DNA from: the human T2T-CHM13v2.0 reference genome, Homo sapiens
Length of the DNA: 64,000 bases
Direction: 5' to 3' (one strand)
Assembly: GCF_009914755.1 (NCBI RefSeq)
Contig: NC_060926.1
Within the stretch, counting starts at the first letter, position 1. Each line of letters begins with the position of its first letter. Of this stretch, positions 43,500-58,543 are shown piece by piece. The notes beneath the pieces are model-generated. The model saw nothing but the letters and a program-made list of their open reading frames with translations. It did not search any database and was not told the DNA's origin. A program made the position numbers and the translations under genes.

Positions 43500-45575
43500 T
43501 TAAAAACTGGAAATAACATTTGTAAGGAGTCTAGTGCAGCATCTGACCCATAGTAGCCACTTAATACGTGGTAGCTCTAATAACAGTGTTGATGCTGCTG
43601 CTGTTATAAGACATCATGTAGAAGAACTGCATTCCTGACTTTCCAATAGTAACTAGAAGACATTAACTTTTTTTAATAATAGGCAGGGAAAAACATTAAA
43701 AACAAATCATTAATGTTTTTAATAGCTCACTTTCTTCATTTATTATATAGTCCACTGTGATTTGATTGGGGGAAGGTAGTAGAAAGGAGAATTAAATTAA
43801 ACTATATGTAGTTTAATTTAATTGAAGACTACAATAAAAAGAACGTAGACACTCTCCGAAATGTAAAGTGAAGGTGTATTTTAAAACAGAACTAATATTG
43901 TTGAAGCCTCATGAACTGTTTTGTTTTTTTCTGAAACTTTGGTGTCATAGAAGTATACAAGTTTAGACATAGGAAAATTCTTACAGTTTGTTTCAAATCC
44001 ACGATTGTATCTGAGAAAACCAAGGCTCAGTAAGAGTTGTTTCCTCAGATTCCCAAAGATTTTATTGAACTGAGCTGAGAATGAACTACAGATCATCTCA
44101 ACCCCAAGCCAGGATGTTTTATAGTTTTTGTATTTCTGGGAAAATATTTTAATTCATTCTTATTTGTTCCTAAGTATAGCTGATTTATATCTAAATTATG
44201 AATGTTAAGAACAGTTAATATTTTATTTATGAACATTTTAAAATAATCATTTTTTAAACTATTTCTTACAGATTTGGGGGTTTTGCTACTATTTTGAATG
44301 AAAAACTATTTGAAAATTTTGGTTGGCACTAGCCTCATTCAAATTAATACAAATAAAATATATGTAAGCTGTTCAAATGAATGATCATTCTAGAGATTCA
44401 ACTACTTTTACACTTGACACATATTTACTAAAGCCAGAGGATTTAAAATATCTATTCAATACTCAATAAAGAGTATGAGTTTTATAAAGGCATTTTATTA
44501 CAACTAGAGCTAACAAAAGCATCACATATTGGATTTTTGAACTGTATTTGTCAACCTAATTTCTCTATCTCTTAGTTTTTCTGTCAGTATACCAATAAAA
44601 ACATTTTCTTCATTAGAAACACAAGGATCTAATATTTAGACTGTGTTTTACAGAAGAGAAAATGAGAAATAATTTCTGTTAAAATCTGTATGAAGAGTTG
44701 GGCAGAAGCTGAGTGCTACATGAATTTATAATTAGAATTAAGAGTTACATCTAGAGAATAGTCCAACTGCTATTGCAAACAATTCCAAAACCTCAGCAGT
44801 GTACTGGAATATGATTTACTTCTGGGTTATGTCACAGGCCGTGATTTTTGTCACAGGCAAAGTGGAAACCAATTAGTGAATTCAGTGAAAGATGGGCTAC
44901 TCTTCCAGGTTATCGGGAAGTTTCCATCTAGTGGGTGTGACAGCCTCTAAAATGTCAAAAAAATTCCAGCTGGCAGAAGAAAGCAAAAGGACAAGGATTT
45001 TATAGGACATTTGATGCCCAGACCTGGAAGTAGCATATGTCATTTCCACCTGCATTCTAATGGCTAGACCTCGGTTATACAGCTCTCCCTAGCTGCAAGG
45101 AATGCTCATAAACATGGCTTAACTAGATGCCCAGAAAGAAGGACAAAGGGATTTGGTCAGCATGTGGCTAGTCTCTTGACTTCCTCAGTACAAACATAAA
45201 TGAAAAAATAGATTGAGTTCTCTGAGCAAATTGCCCTGCTCTGCCCTGCAATACTAGAATTTCTCAAAGAAAATGTTACTGAAATGTGCCAATACCTGAG
45301 ATCTACTATTAATGAGGGATGTTTCAGGCAGAAATAATTTGGTGGCAATATCTCTACAATCCTCATGTATTCTGATAAAAAAAAAGAATAATTCCAACGT
45401 CTGGATATTTGGTGGAGAGCTTTTAAAGGCCAGACATGGTCTTAAAAATTCTATTTATTATTCCATGCTATGAAAATTTGTTATTATTTGCAACTATTTT
45501 ATGGAGAACTGTTGTGTATAAGTCAGTGTGTGTGTTCCCCTGTGTTACAGTGAGAGGTGAACACTGCCTGGTGTA

Positions 45576-46528
45576 GGTACTCCCGATGCAAATTTAGAAC
45601 TCTCACTTTCCTGGTCACCATGACCTGTATTCTAATTGAATGTCACAGTGTGTGTCAAAACTGTGGATTCTGGAGCTGATTGGAGCTGATTAGAGCCAGC
45701 CAGACAGAGAAGTTTACCTACAAGCCCAGGCAAGTGCTGGGGCCTTCTCGTTGACCTGCTATTTCTCCACCCTCTAAGTTTCTAAGGAAAAGAGAGCAAA
45801 GGCCCTGTGCCTCCACCACGAAAGAGCATGGCAGAGCAGGGGCAATGCTTTATATTTCATTATTCTTTCTCTCTTGTGTAAACTCTGTTGAAGAATCTCT
45901 GATAAAGAAAAAGGCTTTTTCTTTATCAGGTCTTTGCTAATTGCTGTTTGTGCGATCTTGGGGAAGTTGTGTGAAGGCTCTGTGATGTTTTTACACCTGT
46001 AAAGTGATTAGGACTTTTTGCATATTCCACTTGATTCAGTGTGCCCCATCTGTGTGTAAAACATCATTTTATCTTGTTTGCTTTCATAAACACAAACCTG
46101 GGCTTTCTTTCCAACTGTACTGAAAACCATGGAATCTCCAAATGACTGAGCTGTTGTTCTTTCTCTCTATATATTTGAAGAGAAGGCATCCCTTGGATGT
46201 AAGAATTGACATAGCTGACCCCAAATAACAGTTTATACAAGAGAGAAGGAATAATGAAATATAAAAATATGCCCCCGCTCCTCCATACTCTTTCATGGTG
46301 GAGGCACAGGGCCTTTGCCCTCTTTTCCTTAGAGACTTGGAGGATGGAATAATAGCAGTGCAACGAGAAGTCCCCAGCACTTGCCTGGGCTTGTAGGTAA
46401 ACTTCTCTGTCTGGCTGGCTCTTATCAGCTCCAGAAACCACAGTTTTAAAATACTCTGTGATATTCAATTAGAATACAGGTCAGGGTGACTGGTAGAGTG
46501 AGAGTTCTAGATTCGTATCAGGAGTACC
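45576..46528. repeat. Long inverted repeat, arms 45576-45889 and 46227-46528 (~300 bp, ~340-bp spacer)
   Basis: The arms are reverse complements; the 51-bp core 45692-45742 / 46372-46422 is perfect. Confidence 0.96.
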
Positions 46529-47096
46529 AACAACTAACCAATGGTGGTACTGGAAAGAAAGTCAACGTGAGCTCTGTAAGAGCTTTCTAGAAATTAAAGA
46601 TTTTCAGAATTGAGCCAAGGTTTCCCATGAGGTAGGAACTGGTCTTCCCTGGAGTTATCCTCCGAGAGGCAGGACAACCATCTCAGTAATTACAAACACA
46701 CACCTTACCTTGAGTGAACTGTTCCAAGTGGTGATTTCCAAGGGCTGTTTCAGTCCTAAAATTTGATGACTGAATCTAATACCCATCTGATAATGCAACT
46801 TAGTTCAGTGCCTCCTTTAGTGCTTAAAACGTGTTGTCTTTTCTGCTTAATTAATCTGCCTTGATCACTTCTCCTTATTCTCATTGTTCAGCAGTTGGAG
46901 TAGCATGCAGTGTCTTTGATCCTGTTGATTATGCCAATATGAAGCAACAACTTGGAAGCATTCTTTATGTCCACAGAAAGCTCAATTGCTCATCTGCAAC
47001 AGACCTTTGGTCTCTCTATTTTCAGGCACAATCAGAGCCCATATTTTGTAACCAAGCGATCTCTATGTGAGATTGTGACATTTCAAAAATCACATC

Positions 47097-47426
<330 letters not shown>

Positions 47427-50301
47427 TTATGTAAATCATCTGAGTCATCTACATGTTCATAGAAGCAATTAAATGAATGACAGTTGAATCCTTTTAAATA
47501 TTGCAAAAAAATAGGAGAATAGAATCTTAAATTTTCCCAAGTAAATGATGTGACTGTTCATATTTCCAAATAAAACTCATTTTTCCAGGCAAATTACTTG
47601 TTTTTTATGGCCTATTAATAACAAGTGGTAATTGTGGAAACATTTATGGCTTAAGAAAAGACAATTTTGACAACAGCAACTAACTCATGTTCTCCAGTTA
47701 TTGAGGGCTATTGGTTTATGCTTGCTATGCATGGCCCATCTGCAGGGAAACATTGGAGAGGTGGGTATGAGCCAGGGATGGGATTAGAGCCAGAAGCAAA
47801 CAGTAATAAGCTATTATCCTGGGTGAAGCAGGCATGCAGTTATTCATCCCATCCCTTCAATTCTCACTGAGGACTCTATTAGATACTGAGTACCAATGTG
47901 AAAGATGTAGTCTTTAGTCTAAAGCTTGTGATCCAACGGGGGCAACAAGATATATAAACAACAACTGTGACAAGTCACATCAGAGCACAAGACATGTGCC
48001 ATGGAAGGCATAGGGTGGCCCATCAATGACACAACGTTTTAATGTAATACCCTGTTTGCTTAGGTTGCAGAAATGTAGTTTGGCTCTATATCTCATAGGT
48101 ACCCCCAGCAGCTACCATATACACAGCTACCGTACCAAGGGCTTATGACTGCTGGAATTAAAACCAAGGCACCCACATGTCACCTTGATCCAAAGAAGAT
48201 CCAAAGAAGCTGCAGCCTTGGCTCCGCACAAATATTTTATTATTTTTGTCATATTGTCCCAGGTCCTCATGTCACCTAGTAGTCCACCTGTCCAGGTGCA
48301 GGCCAACAGATCAGGGCTTACAATAAATAGGACAGGTGCAACATTACACTCTGTGTTATTGTAATTGCCAAGGTGAAAGTATTACAATATGGCAGGCTCC
48401 GAGGTCACTTTCTTTAGGGCAGCCCAAGCCTGGTATTAACTCTTTACTCACAGCTTTAACTCAAACTAGGAAAAGGAATTAGGAGAAGTCTTCCTTGAAT
48501 GATAACACCCAACTTAAGTATTCCCAAACAAGAAGACCTGGCTAATCAGTTCATCATTTTGCTTTGGAGGAGAGGTGTGTCAGGCTGAAGAAAGAGCAAA
48601 TATAGAGAAAACAACTCATCATCTCCACAATTAAAATAGGTAATGGAAAAGAAATGTTGAGAGCTGCCAGAAACTAGTTTACGAAGGGCCTGATGTCTTA
48701 ACCCAAAGCATTGGAACTTGGTTCTAAGGGCCTTGGGGAATCAGGAAGTAATTTCACTGGAAAATAAACGGAAATGGATCATGACAGGAGACAGGCAGGT
48801 AGGGGCTTTTGCCTTAACACAAAGAAGAAAAGTGAAGGCAAGAATAGAGCCATGATGTTGGTTAGGGAAAAGTGTGGAAAAGTATTATATGCTTCTGTTT
48901 CCTGTCCTAATCCCAAGACTGCTAAGTTGTGGGCACTCTCTGTGCTAGGGATGACATAGATTAGACGATTGCCAAGTGTCTTCCTGGTGAACCTGTAAGA
49001 AGGGTAATCTATGTCACTAAAAAGAACAGTAGGAGAAAAAATAATTCTTAGCATTGCTGTGTAAGGAACTTTAAATGCATTATCTCATTTAATCTTCACA
49101 GGGACACAATAATAGCAATTATTATCTTTGTTTACAAATATGGAAATTGGGGTTCAGGAACCTTGACTAAGGTTAAGTAGCAAATACATGGCATGGCCAA
49201 AATGCAAAGTGGAAGTTTGTCTGGCTCTGAAGACCATGACTTTTTAGCTAGAAGAAGAGCAAGTTCAGAGAGAGAATAGTGCTGCCAGTTTTAAGAGCTT
49301 GTGCCCCCACCCAGGCGGTCATATGCAAAGGCTCATTCATGCTATACTGTTTTGTTCCTAGAGCTTAAAAGAGATCTTCAGGTGGTGAGGATTTATAAGA
49401 ATCTTCAGTACTCGTTTGTTACTGAGTGAATCAATGTTGATGAGGAAGAGTGAATAAGAGATTCTGGTAAAACCCACTAATGTATGGGGTCAGACCTAGC
49501 GGTAAAAGCCATTAGACCCAGGAAACCAAGTCTTCCTAGGTGGCCCAGGATCCAGGACACAGATGGAGAGGGAGAGAGACAGAGAAGAAGCCAGAGAGAC
49601 AGAAGTAGACCCACAGACAGCATAGAGAGGCAGGAAATGGGAAACTTCAGGGTTAGCTGCATGAGGTGTGATGGATTAGAATCCTGGAGAGAGTGTTTGC
49701 TCAAAAATGAATTGCTCCTGGTGTTATCTTTCTTCTGTATCCTGCTTCAGCCTAAACACTGTAACAAATTTAAGACAATGATATACAAAACACCCAGTCT
49801 GAAATACAAATATAATAAAATAATACATCCATTTTTGTAATAAATTTAATTCAAGTTCAGATTTCAATGTGAGAATTAGATTTTAGAGCAATAGTCAACA
49901 TTCGCTCATTCATTCACTGAATAGAGGATAGGTGCGTTCTATGCAGTTGGCACCGTGAGCTACATGCTGGGGCTGTAACTGTGAACACTTAAAATAACTC
50001 AGATTCCACATAAAGCTTTACCACAGTATGTAAGATTGATCTTGTTCCAGAGAGTTTATGTTACTAAAATCAATTTTGTTTTCAACAGACTTTAAAAAGA
50101 CATTGAGATATATGGATATGGATAAATATGTCCTTTTCCTCTGAATACGTTTCCTTGAGTTTTCAATATATCTTATTTACATATTATATATTACAAGAGT
50201 CTAATTGTCCACTTTCAATTTGTCTCTTTTCAACAGCTATTTTGAAGATTTTCATATTTGTTTGAATTAGAAAACACCTTGGTTAGGAAGCAGTTCTTGA
50301 A

Positions 50302-50432
50302 TACATACACACACACAGGCACCCACACGCACGCACGCACACACGCGCACGCACACATGCACGCACACGCACGCACACACGCGCATGCACACGCACACGC
50401 ACGCACGCACACACACGCACGCACACACACAT
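50302..50432. repeat. Complex (CA)/(CACG) alternating purine-pyrimidine microsatellite
   Basis: Direct inspection. Confidence 0.92.
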
Positions 50433-50753
50433 GAAAAAACAGATTTATTCCCAAATAAAATTCTCCAAAATACATTTATGATTTTCTTACAGATTTTTCA
50501 GCTCTGCTTTCTATTTAGGAGGCAGACATTAAGGTATACAGGCACAGGTCTGAGTAGTACCATTTCTTTAATCCTTTTGTTCAAGTTTCTCTAAATACAC
50601 CTGCCTAAAATTTACTGAAGACTAACCTCTGGGACTTGAAAACAAAGAAGAAGAGAAAAACACACACACAAAATTCCTTTCCAAAGCTGTAGGCTTTTAT
50701 TTAATTGAGGCTGGAGACCTAAGTGACACTCCCTGGTTTAAAATCTGGAAGAG

Positions 50754-51101
<348 letters not shown>

Positions 51102-51294
51102 CTATGACGTTTGGAAGCTAGAGTTACACTTTCTTTGAAGCTGTGAATAAACAGCTTGGGAATAGTTTATAATGTTATTTTCTGATACTGGTTTTATTCC
51201 TTTTGTCTCAGGACACTGAAAAACAAGTGTTGGTTAAATTATCTTTAATTATTGTGCGGGAATATATTGCCTTTACAATATTTTGACTTCTCAT

Positions 51295-51960
51295 AAAAAG
51301 ACAAATACTATTTGATTCCACTTACATGACATACCTAATGTAGTCAAATTCTTAGAGACAGAAAGTAGAGGAGGGGTTGTCGGGGGCCAAAGGGAGGAGG
51401 AAATGAGGAGCTGTTATTAAGTAGGTACAGACCTTCAGTTTTGCCAGACAAAAAGAGCCCTGCAGATTGATTATACAACAAAATGAATGTACTTTACACT
51501 AGTGAACTATGCACTTAAAAATAGCTAAGATGGGAAATTTTATGTTATATGTATTTAACTATATTTTTATAAAAATAATGATTAAAATAGTACTTTTATA
51601 TTGTGGTATATTTTAATACAGTTTTTTTTTATTTTTTTTTTAATTATACTTTAAGTTCTGGCATACATGTGCAGAATGGGCAGATTTGTTATATAGGTAT
51701 ACACATGCCATGGTGGTTTGCTGTGACTGGCTTATTTTACTTATGATAACATCCTTCCAGTAGCAATAAACCCTTATGCTAGCATGTGCCAGAGTTCCTT
51801 TTTTTGTAAGGGTGAATAATACCCCACTGTATGCCTGTACCATGTTGTGTTGACCCAGTCATCGATGGACACTTGGGTTGCTTCTGTCCTTTGTGAATAA
51901 TGCTACTATAAACTTGGATGTACAAATACCTGTTTGAGCTCCTGATTTCAATTATTACTA
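51295..51960. mobile_element. L1 3'-end fragments: + strand L1M (~51295-51570), a short minus L1PA 3' tip (~51630-51725) and minus L1M (~51725-51960)
   Basis: gattccacttac...tagagacagaaagtaga; ttaattatactttaagttctgg; tggacacttgggttgcttc motifs. Confidence 0.7.
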
Positions 51961-52251
51961 TTGTTATTTGAGACAAGGTCTCAGTCTGTTGCCCAGCCTG
52001 GATTGCAGTGGCACAATCTCAGCTCACTGCAGCCTCGACCTCCCAAGGCTCAAACAATCCTCCCACTCCAGCTTCCCAAGTAGCTGGGACTACAAGCTTG
52101 CACCACCATGCCCAGCTAATTTTATCTTCTTTGTAGAGACAGTGTCTCGCTATGTTGCCCAGACTGATTTGGAATTCCTGAGATCAAATGATCCTCCTGT
52201 TTTGGCCTCCCAAAGTGCTGGGATCACAGGCGTGAGGCATTGAACCTGGCT
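51960..52251 (-). mobile_element. Alu (AluJ-like)
   Basis: gctcactgcagcctcgacctccc and tgttgcccag motifs. Confidence 0.9.
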
Positions 52252-52385
52252 CCTGCTTTCAATTATTTTTCCTTGCTTTGTTTTTTCTGCAGAGCACTGA
52301 TTACCATCCAAATGCCCTCTTCCTGCCCCCAGCTAGAGATGCAAATTATTTCTATTTGGTAGAAAGATGACTCTAAAGGTTGTAA

Positions 52386-52803
<418 letters not shown>

Positions 52804-53189
52804 ACAACCAGTTTTATTTCTAACCTAGCAATTTTATTCTAACATTCTTTTAAAAATGTCTATAAATACTTAGGTCCTCCAAATGCTCTTTGGATCAGCT
52901 TTACCATCTTGCTTCATCATTAATGATTAATAAATTTCCGAAACATGTTCATTCCAAAAAAATATGTAGACTTCATATACTTGATTTCATTATAACTAAA
53001 ACAAGTTTATACACAGGCCCATTTAAAAACCTGAAGTCTTTCTGAGACTGTATTGGAAGAGACTATAGCAATATGGAAATAAATGAAGATCAAACAAAAG
53101 AGACAGGCAAAGGCTATTTATTCAGAGCTTGCATTTGGCAAAGACTCAGAGGCAGGCAGAGGAGTAGGAAGGCTTTATGGGGGAAAAAA

Positions 53190-54193
53190 TGTTCAATTAA
53201 ATTTGGCCTAAAGCTACCTCCATATGTAATGAATTGCAACCTAACTTAGTATGTAAATAAACTACAACCTATCATAAAAGTATATTATTGTAACTAGTAG
53301 CTGAGTCTTGGCCAATCATAGCAGCCAACTTTTCAGCCAATCACAGACTGCAAACTGGCCTGTAATCAATAAGGTGAAGGCTGGCCTGTAATCAATCAGG
53401 ATATTTCTTTTTTTTTTATGTAAAAGTAACGATTTAATGACTATAAGCAATACAAAGCAATAGAATTGTGCTTCTTTTTCAGACTGGGGACAATGAAATG
53501 TTTAGCTACAATTTTCCTATGCAAACATGAAACAATATTCATATAGAATAAACACCCTCACAAATAACTGATGGGTGATGAACACACACCAAGTTCGACC
53601 AAAGCAAAAAACAAACTGAAAATTGTTGGGTGGGGTTATTCATATTTTAAATTCAACATGCTTGCTCTATTTAAAAATACCTGTAGAAGCTCATAATAAA
53701 TAGCTTCTATTTCCAGACATAGCAGAGAAGGCATATTCCATTGTTAACTGTAAAAGCAACTCTTAAATTTGAAATTACTGCTATACCACGTATTAAAATA
53801 ACTTTAGATAAAATGCCTTCTTTTAGCAACCTGCTGGTTTATTTAAAAAATTGTTTTAGAACTACAGTGATCAATATGCATTTTTAAAATACAATATTAA
53901 TTCCATCATAGCCAATGGAAAATTAACACGCTATTTCCATATTTCTCAGTTAAAGGTTTTTCTTTACTGCAACAATTTTTAAAGTAAACATGTATTATTG
54001 GAGAAAAGTATATAAAGAAAAGTATATTCTATATGTTATTTATTTTTTCTTTCTATAAATACTGCCTGACCAGGTTGCTGGGCAGAGATCTCTGAGCCTT
54101 TACTTGTTCAGGGTGCTGCCCAATTCACAAATCATTTCTTTTTCTCAAATAAACTCTGCTAAATTAAGTTTGTCTAAAGTGTTTCGTTTATCA
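53190..54193 (+). mobile_element. MER57-like ERV1 solo LTR, interrupted by a retrocopy
   Basis: tgttcaattaaatttggcctaaagct start, CCAAT repeats, ctataaatactgcctgacc, and aaataaactctgctaaatt...tca end. Confidence 0.75.
53408..54022 (-). pseudogene. 5'-truncated processed (retroposed) mRNA 3'UTR fragment, parent gene unidentified
   Basis: poly(T) at 53408-53417; minus-strand ATTAAA at 53433-53438, about 15 nt from the tail. The AT-rich sequence does not look like a known repeat and interrupts a collinear LTR; the TSD atatttc/tatattc is imperfect. Confidence 0.7.
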
Positions 54194-54960
54194 ACAACAA
54201 TGAAAAGGCTTCAAGTGTACCTTGATTGGGGACTATTAACTTGGGGAAGTGGCAGGTAAGCACACTAGAAACGGGGCATTCTATGTGATTGGTTAAAGGT
54301 GTATATTTACTTTTCCTCAGTTGTTCCTAAGTTGGAAACTGGGGCAAAAATTGGGGAAGCTAAGTTGTTACTCAAGTCTTGACTGTTTGAGGCCAATTTT
54401 TACATGGGTGGTTGTTTAGCTTTTAGGATTATTTCCTAGAGACGGGTCTACTCCCTACAAGTGTGACTGGTACCTCATAGGTTGACTTCCCAAGCTAGTT
54501 ACTGTAGATAATAGGCTACAGTTCTGTTTCTGAATGTGATTTGGCAATTTTCCATTTGTATAAGACTCTTAGTAATTATCTAATGTAGAAAAATTAAATA
54601 AACTAATAAAGGCCAAATGACTGTATTTAACTCAATACTACTTTTTATGTGTCTGGCACTTTTTAGTTTTCAAAATATTTTAAACTGTAGAATATTATCA
54701 GATTTTTAAAATAAAATCAAGGAAGTTAGGTAGGGCTGGTATTTTCTTTGTTTTGTACGTAAGAAAAATGAGGTTCCCCAAGAGGTGACATGGGTCACAG
54801 CCACAGTTGCAAAGCTGAGGCCTCTGAGATTCCTGACCCGGACTGCTCAATATATGACAGCCTGTTCTATCTGTGTCCCACAGATTCAGATAATGGTGAA
54901 CCAAAGTGTGACATTTGTGTTATCACACTGCTGAAAGTTGATAAGGATTTTAACCCAAGC

Positions 54961-54994
<34 letters not shown>

Positions 54995-55299
54995 CAGATT
55001 TTTTGAATCATTTCTGTGATTTTCTAAAAAAATTCCTTATTTGAATTAAACTGTTAACCTGGTGAATTTTACAACTTGTGATTATTAGATAATCAGATTT
55101 TTGAAAATACTATTAGCTCCATTAACATACTTGCTATCACTTGATTTTCCAGTTCCATCAGGAATGTTATATTTCCTACATAGATTAGAATGATGTGTGA
55201 AGAACTGAGAAATCTGCAATATAAATAAATTAATTAAATTAAAAATTCATGGAGCAATATGATAGGTGGTGGAGTCAACCATTTTTTAAAAACGCAAAA

Positions 55300-56560
55300 C
55301 AAACAAAACCTCAATACCTGCCTTAAAATAACTCAAGGCCTTTCGGGAAGAGCAGATACATAGAACTATAAAGCAAGGTCAGTGCAGAGATGACCATGAC
55401 CCTGCAAGAGTGGTGAATGGGTGGGAGGGCTTCAGAGGATACTTAAATTGAGTTACCAGGAGAGAGTAGAGTTAGTTAAGCAAAGAAACACAAGACATAA
55501 GGGCATTCAAAGGAGGGGTGGTAATAGCTGTAGAAAACAGCATTGTTTTTATTGGGGGAGGAGTAGGGAGGAAGAACCTACAACCAATGTAATACAGGTA
55601 GGTTAACAGGGAAAGACAAAGCTAGAGGGGAAGGAAAGAGCAAGAAGGTGGAGATTCTTGCCGATGATATTAAAGAGCTTAGACATTCTATGGGCAACAG
55701 GAGGCTTCTGGAAGGATTTTATTCAGGGTTACATTATGATCAGATTTGCATTTTCAATAGATCATTTTGGCAGTATAAGGAGCTTATACTTTGAGGAGTC
55801 AAGGATAGAGTCAGAGACGGGTTGCAGTAATTCAAGTGAGAGGATTAGAGCTGAACCAGAGCCATTGAGGTAGACATGAAACAAAGTGGAAGAGAAGCAA
55901 GAGCAAGACATCCAGAAATAAAATCTGTACAATCTTCTGACTGATAGATTTGGGCATTATCACTTAAAGAAAGAGAGAGAAAAGTTTCTAGCTTGGATAG
56001 TTGGTTGGACAGAAAGAACCAGTAGTTTAATAAGAAATTATCAGTTCAGTATCTGAAATGTTCATATGGGGACTCCAGATGGATTCACCTAGCAGGCAGT
56101 TGGATAAATGAATGTAAAGATAAAAAGAATGGTCCAGGCATCTGATAAAATATTTAGAAATCACTAACAATTAGATGATTGCTAACTGAATCCTTGAGGA
56201 CAAAAATCAGAAAGAATATGTGTAGCAGAAGCAGCACAGTGGCTAAGCTAGCACCTCGGGAACAACCAGTGTGCCAGGGATGCATGGAGGATGAGATGAT
56301 ATAAATGACAAAGGAAAGGTGTTAGATACAGAACAGGACACAGGAGGATGGACCATCAGCAAAGCCAAGAGAATTGAAAATATAAATGAGTGAGTAATCA
56401 AATAATTGTCAAATGGCTGATAAAAAAGCCTTATACATTTGCCAAATAAAAGGCACTAGGTGATGTTATCAGGAGCAGATTGGATAGCGTGGTTTGGCTG
56501 AATTTTTGTAAAGATTAGAAAGTAAAGAGAGTGAGTGTGAAGTGTTCTTAAATAAGTGTA
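55300..56560. mobile_element. Degenerate L2-like remnants
   Basis: atgatcagatttgcatttt, aggcagttggata and aagccaagaga-type purine-rich L2 motifs; boundaries are approximate. Confidence 0.5.
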
Positions 56561-56787
56561 CTCAGAGATGAGCCCAAGGGAAGAGTTACTAAAGATTCGT
56601 CGAGGTACTCTTTTTCCAAAAAGAAAATTGTATTTCCCAGAGATACTAGCCTACACAACTCAGAAAAAAGGCCCCCTGGAGTCTATGTTTCTGTTATATT
56701 TAAATGTTGTAGTCTCCAAGTCTGAGTTTCCAACAACATATTGAGACAATTTTAGAAAATCACACTAATTTTTTGAAAGTAATTTAG

Positions 56788-57090
<303 letters not shown>

Positions 57091-58236
57091 TAGAGACTAC
57101 TTTCATGCAATATCACTTACAGAATTATCACCACAGATATCTCTGTCTGCACACAGAGAGGCACCACAAGTAACCATTCACGTAGGTTACATAAAGGGAT
57201 ATAACAATATATTGTACTGCTCAAAGGTACAACTATTTACAGAGATGAAAGATACCTGAACGGTGCTTCTTGGAGCTATGCAAGATAGCAGCCTTGAAAA
57301 CTTAAAAAGTTTTATACTAAATTTCTTCAAAAATATCTAGAGGCCTCATCTAAAGCAGTTTTAACTTGCGAAGTTTGAGTAATTTAGAATTTATGCTTCA
57401 TTTGCTTCAAAAAATATTTTGGGCAACTGATAAAAAATGAACAAAAGTAACATTGAGAACAGAAATGTAACAAAGATAATCTGAAAGCAGTAAAGAAAGT
57501 AGATATTAGGAGGCATCTGAAATCTTGAGCTGAAGGTGATAACTGGGCATTGGGAATGGCACTAAATTCCCAAATCTAAGTCAAAGGAAAATGTAAAAGT
57601 TTTAATAGAATGTACCTTTAAATGTCACAAGTTAAAATTAAAATCTGCAATGCAATTTTACATGGTTAATAGGTAGGTATTATTAAACATCAACTTTTTA
57701 AAAAACAGCATATGTTTGCTTTGAATTTATTAATTTATGTGTTGGACTCACAGAGAGCTGTCAATTGAAATAAACAACAAATAATCAAGGAACCTCCTGT
57801 AGTTTCAGGTTTCTATTTTTTAAGAGTGTTAGAGCTCCAAAGAAAAGACTAATCCTTTAATATTCTTTTCAGCTCTGATACTCATCTTAGAAAGCAATTT
57901 ACATGAATTTAGCTTGTGGTCTCTCAGACAGTCGTGCACAAGTTAAAATTGGAATAGGATGAATGGTCTCTGCAATTGCTGAGGGATATTCCTGGAACAA
58001 TACCCAGACAGGAGCAAAGTACTAGCTTCCCCAGACTTAACATGTAACTTGAAGCTTTGGTGGTAGAGCCATAGCACATATGTGGATAACCAACTCTAAA
58101 GCATGAGTTAAAATTTGGCCAAAGGAATACTATATAAATTTAATAAAAATTTCAAAGTATATTTTTGATAGTAAAGTATAAATTGCTATAGGTGTGCATT
58201 TTGTCACAAAGAAAAAGAAACATAGAGAACACATAG

Positions 58237-58543
<307 letters not shown>

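Larger units (their letters stand above)
53049..54562 (-). mobile_element. Old LTR (MER90-like, tentative), split by a younger LTR
   Basis: Minus strand starts tatacaaatggaaaattgccaaatcacat; tttattcagagcttgc lies near the other end. Family assignment is from memory only. Confidence 0.5.

Noticed and set aside
46064-46468. 134-aa minus-strand ORF over the right inverted-repeat arm
   Set aside because: The paired arm has a 10-bp frameshifting duplication, and no protein similarity was recognised.
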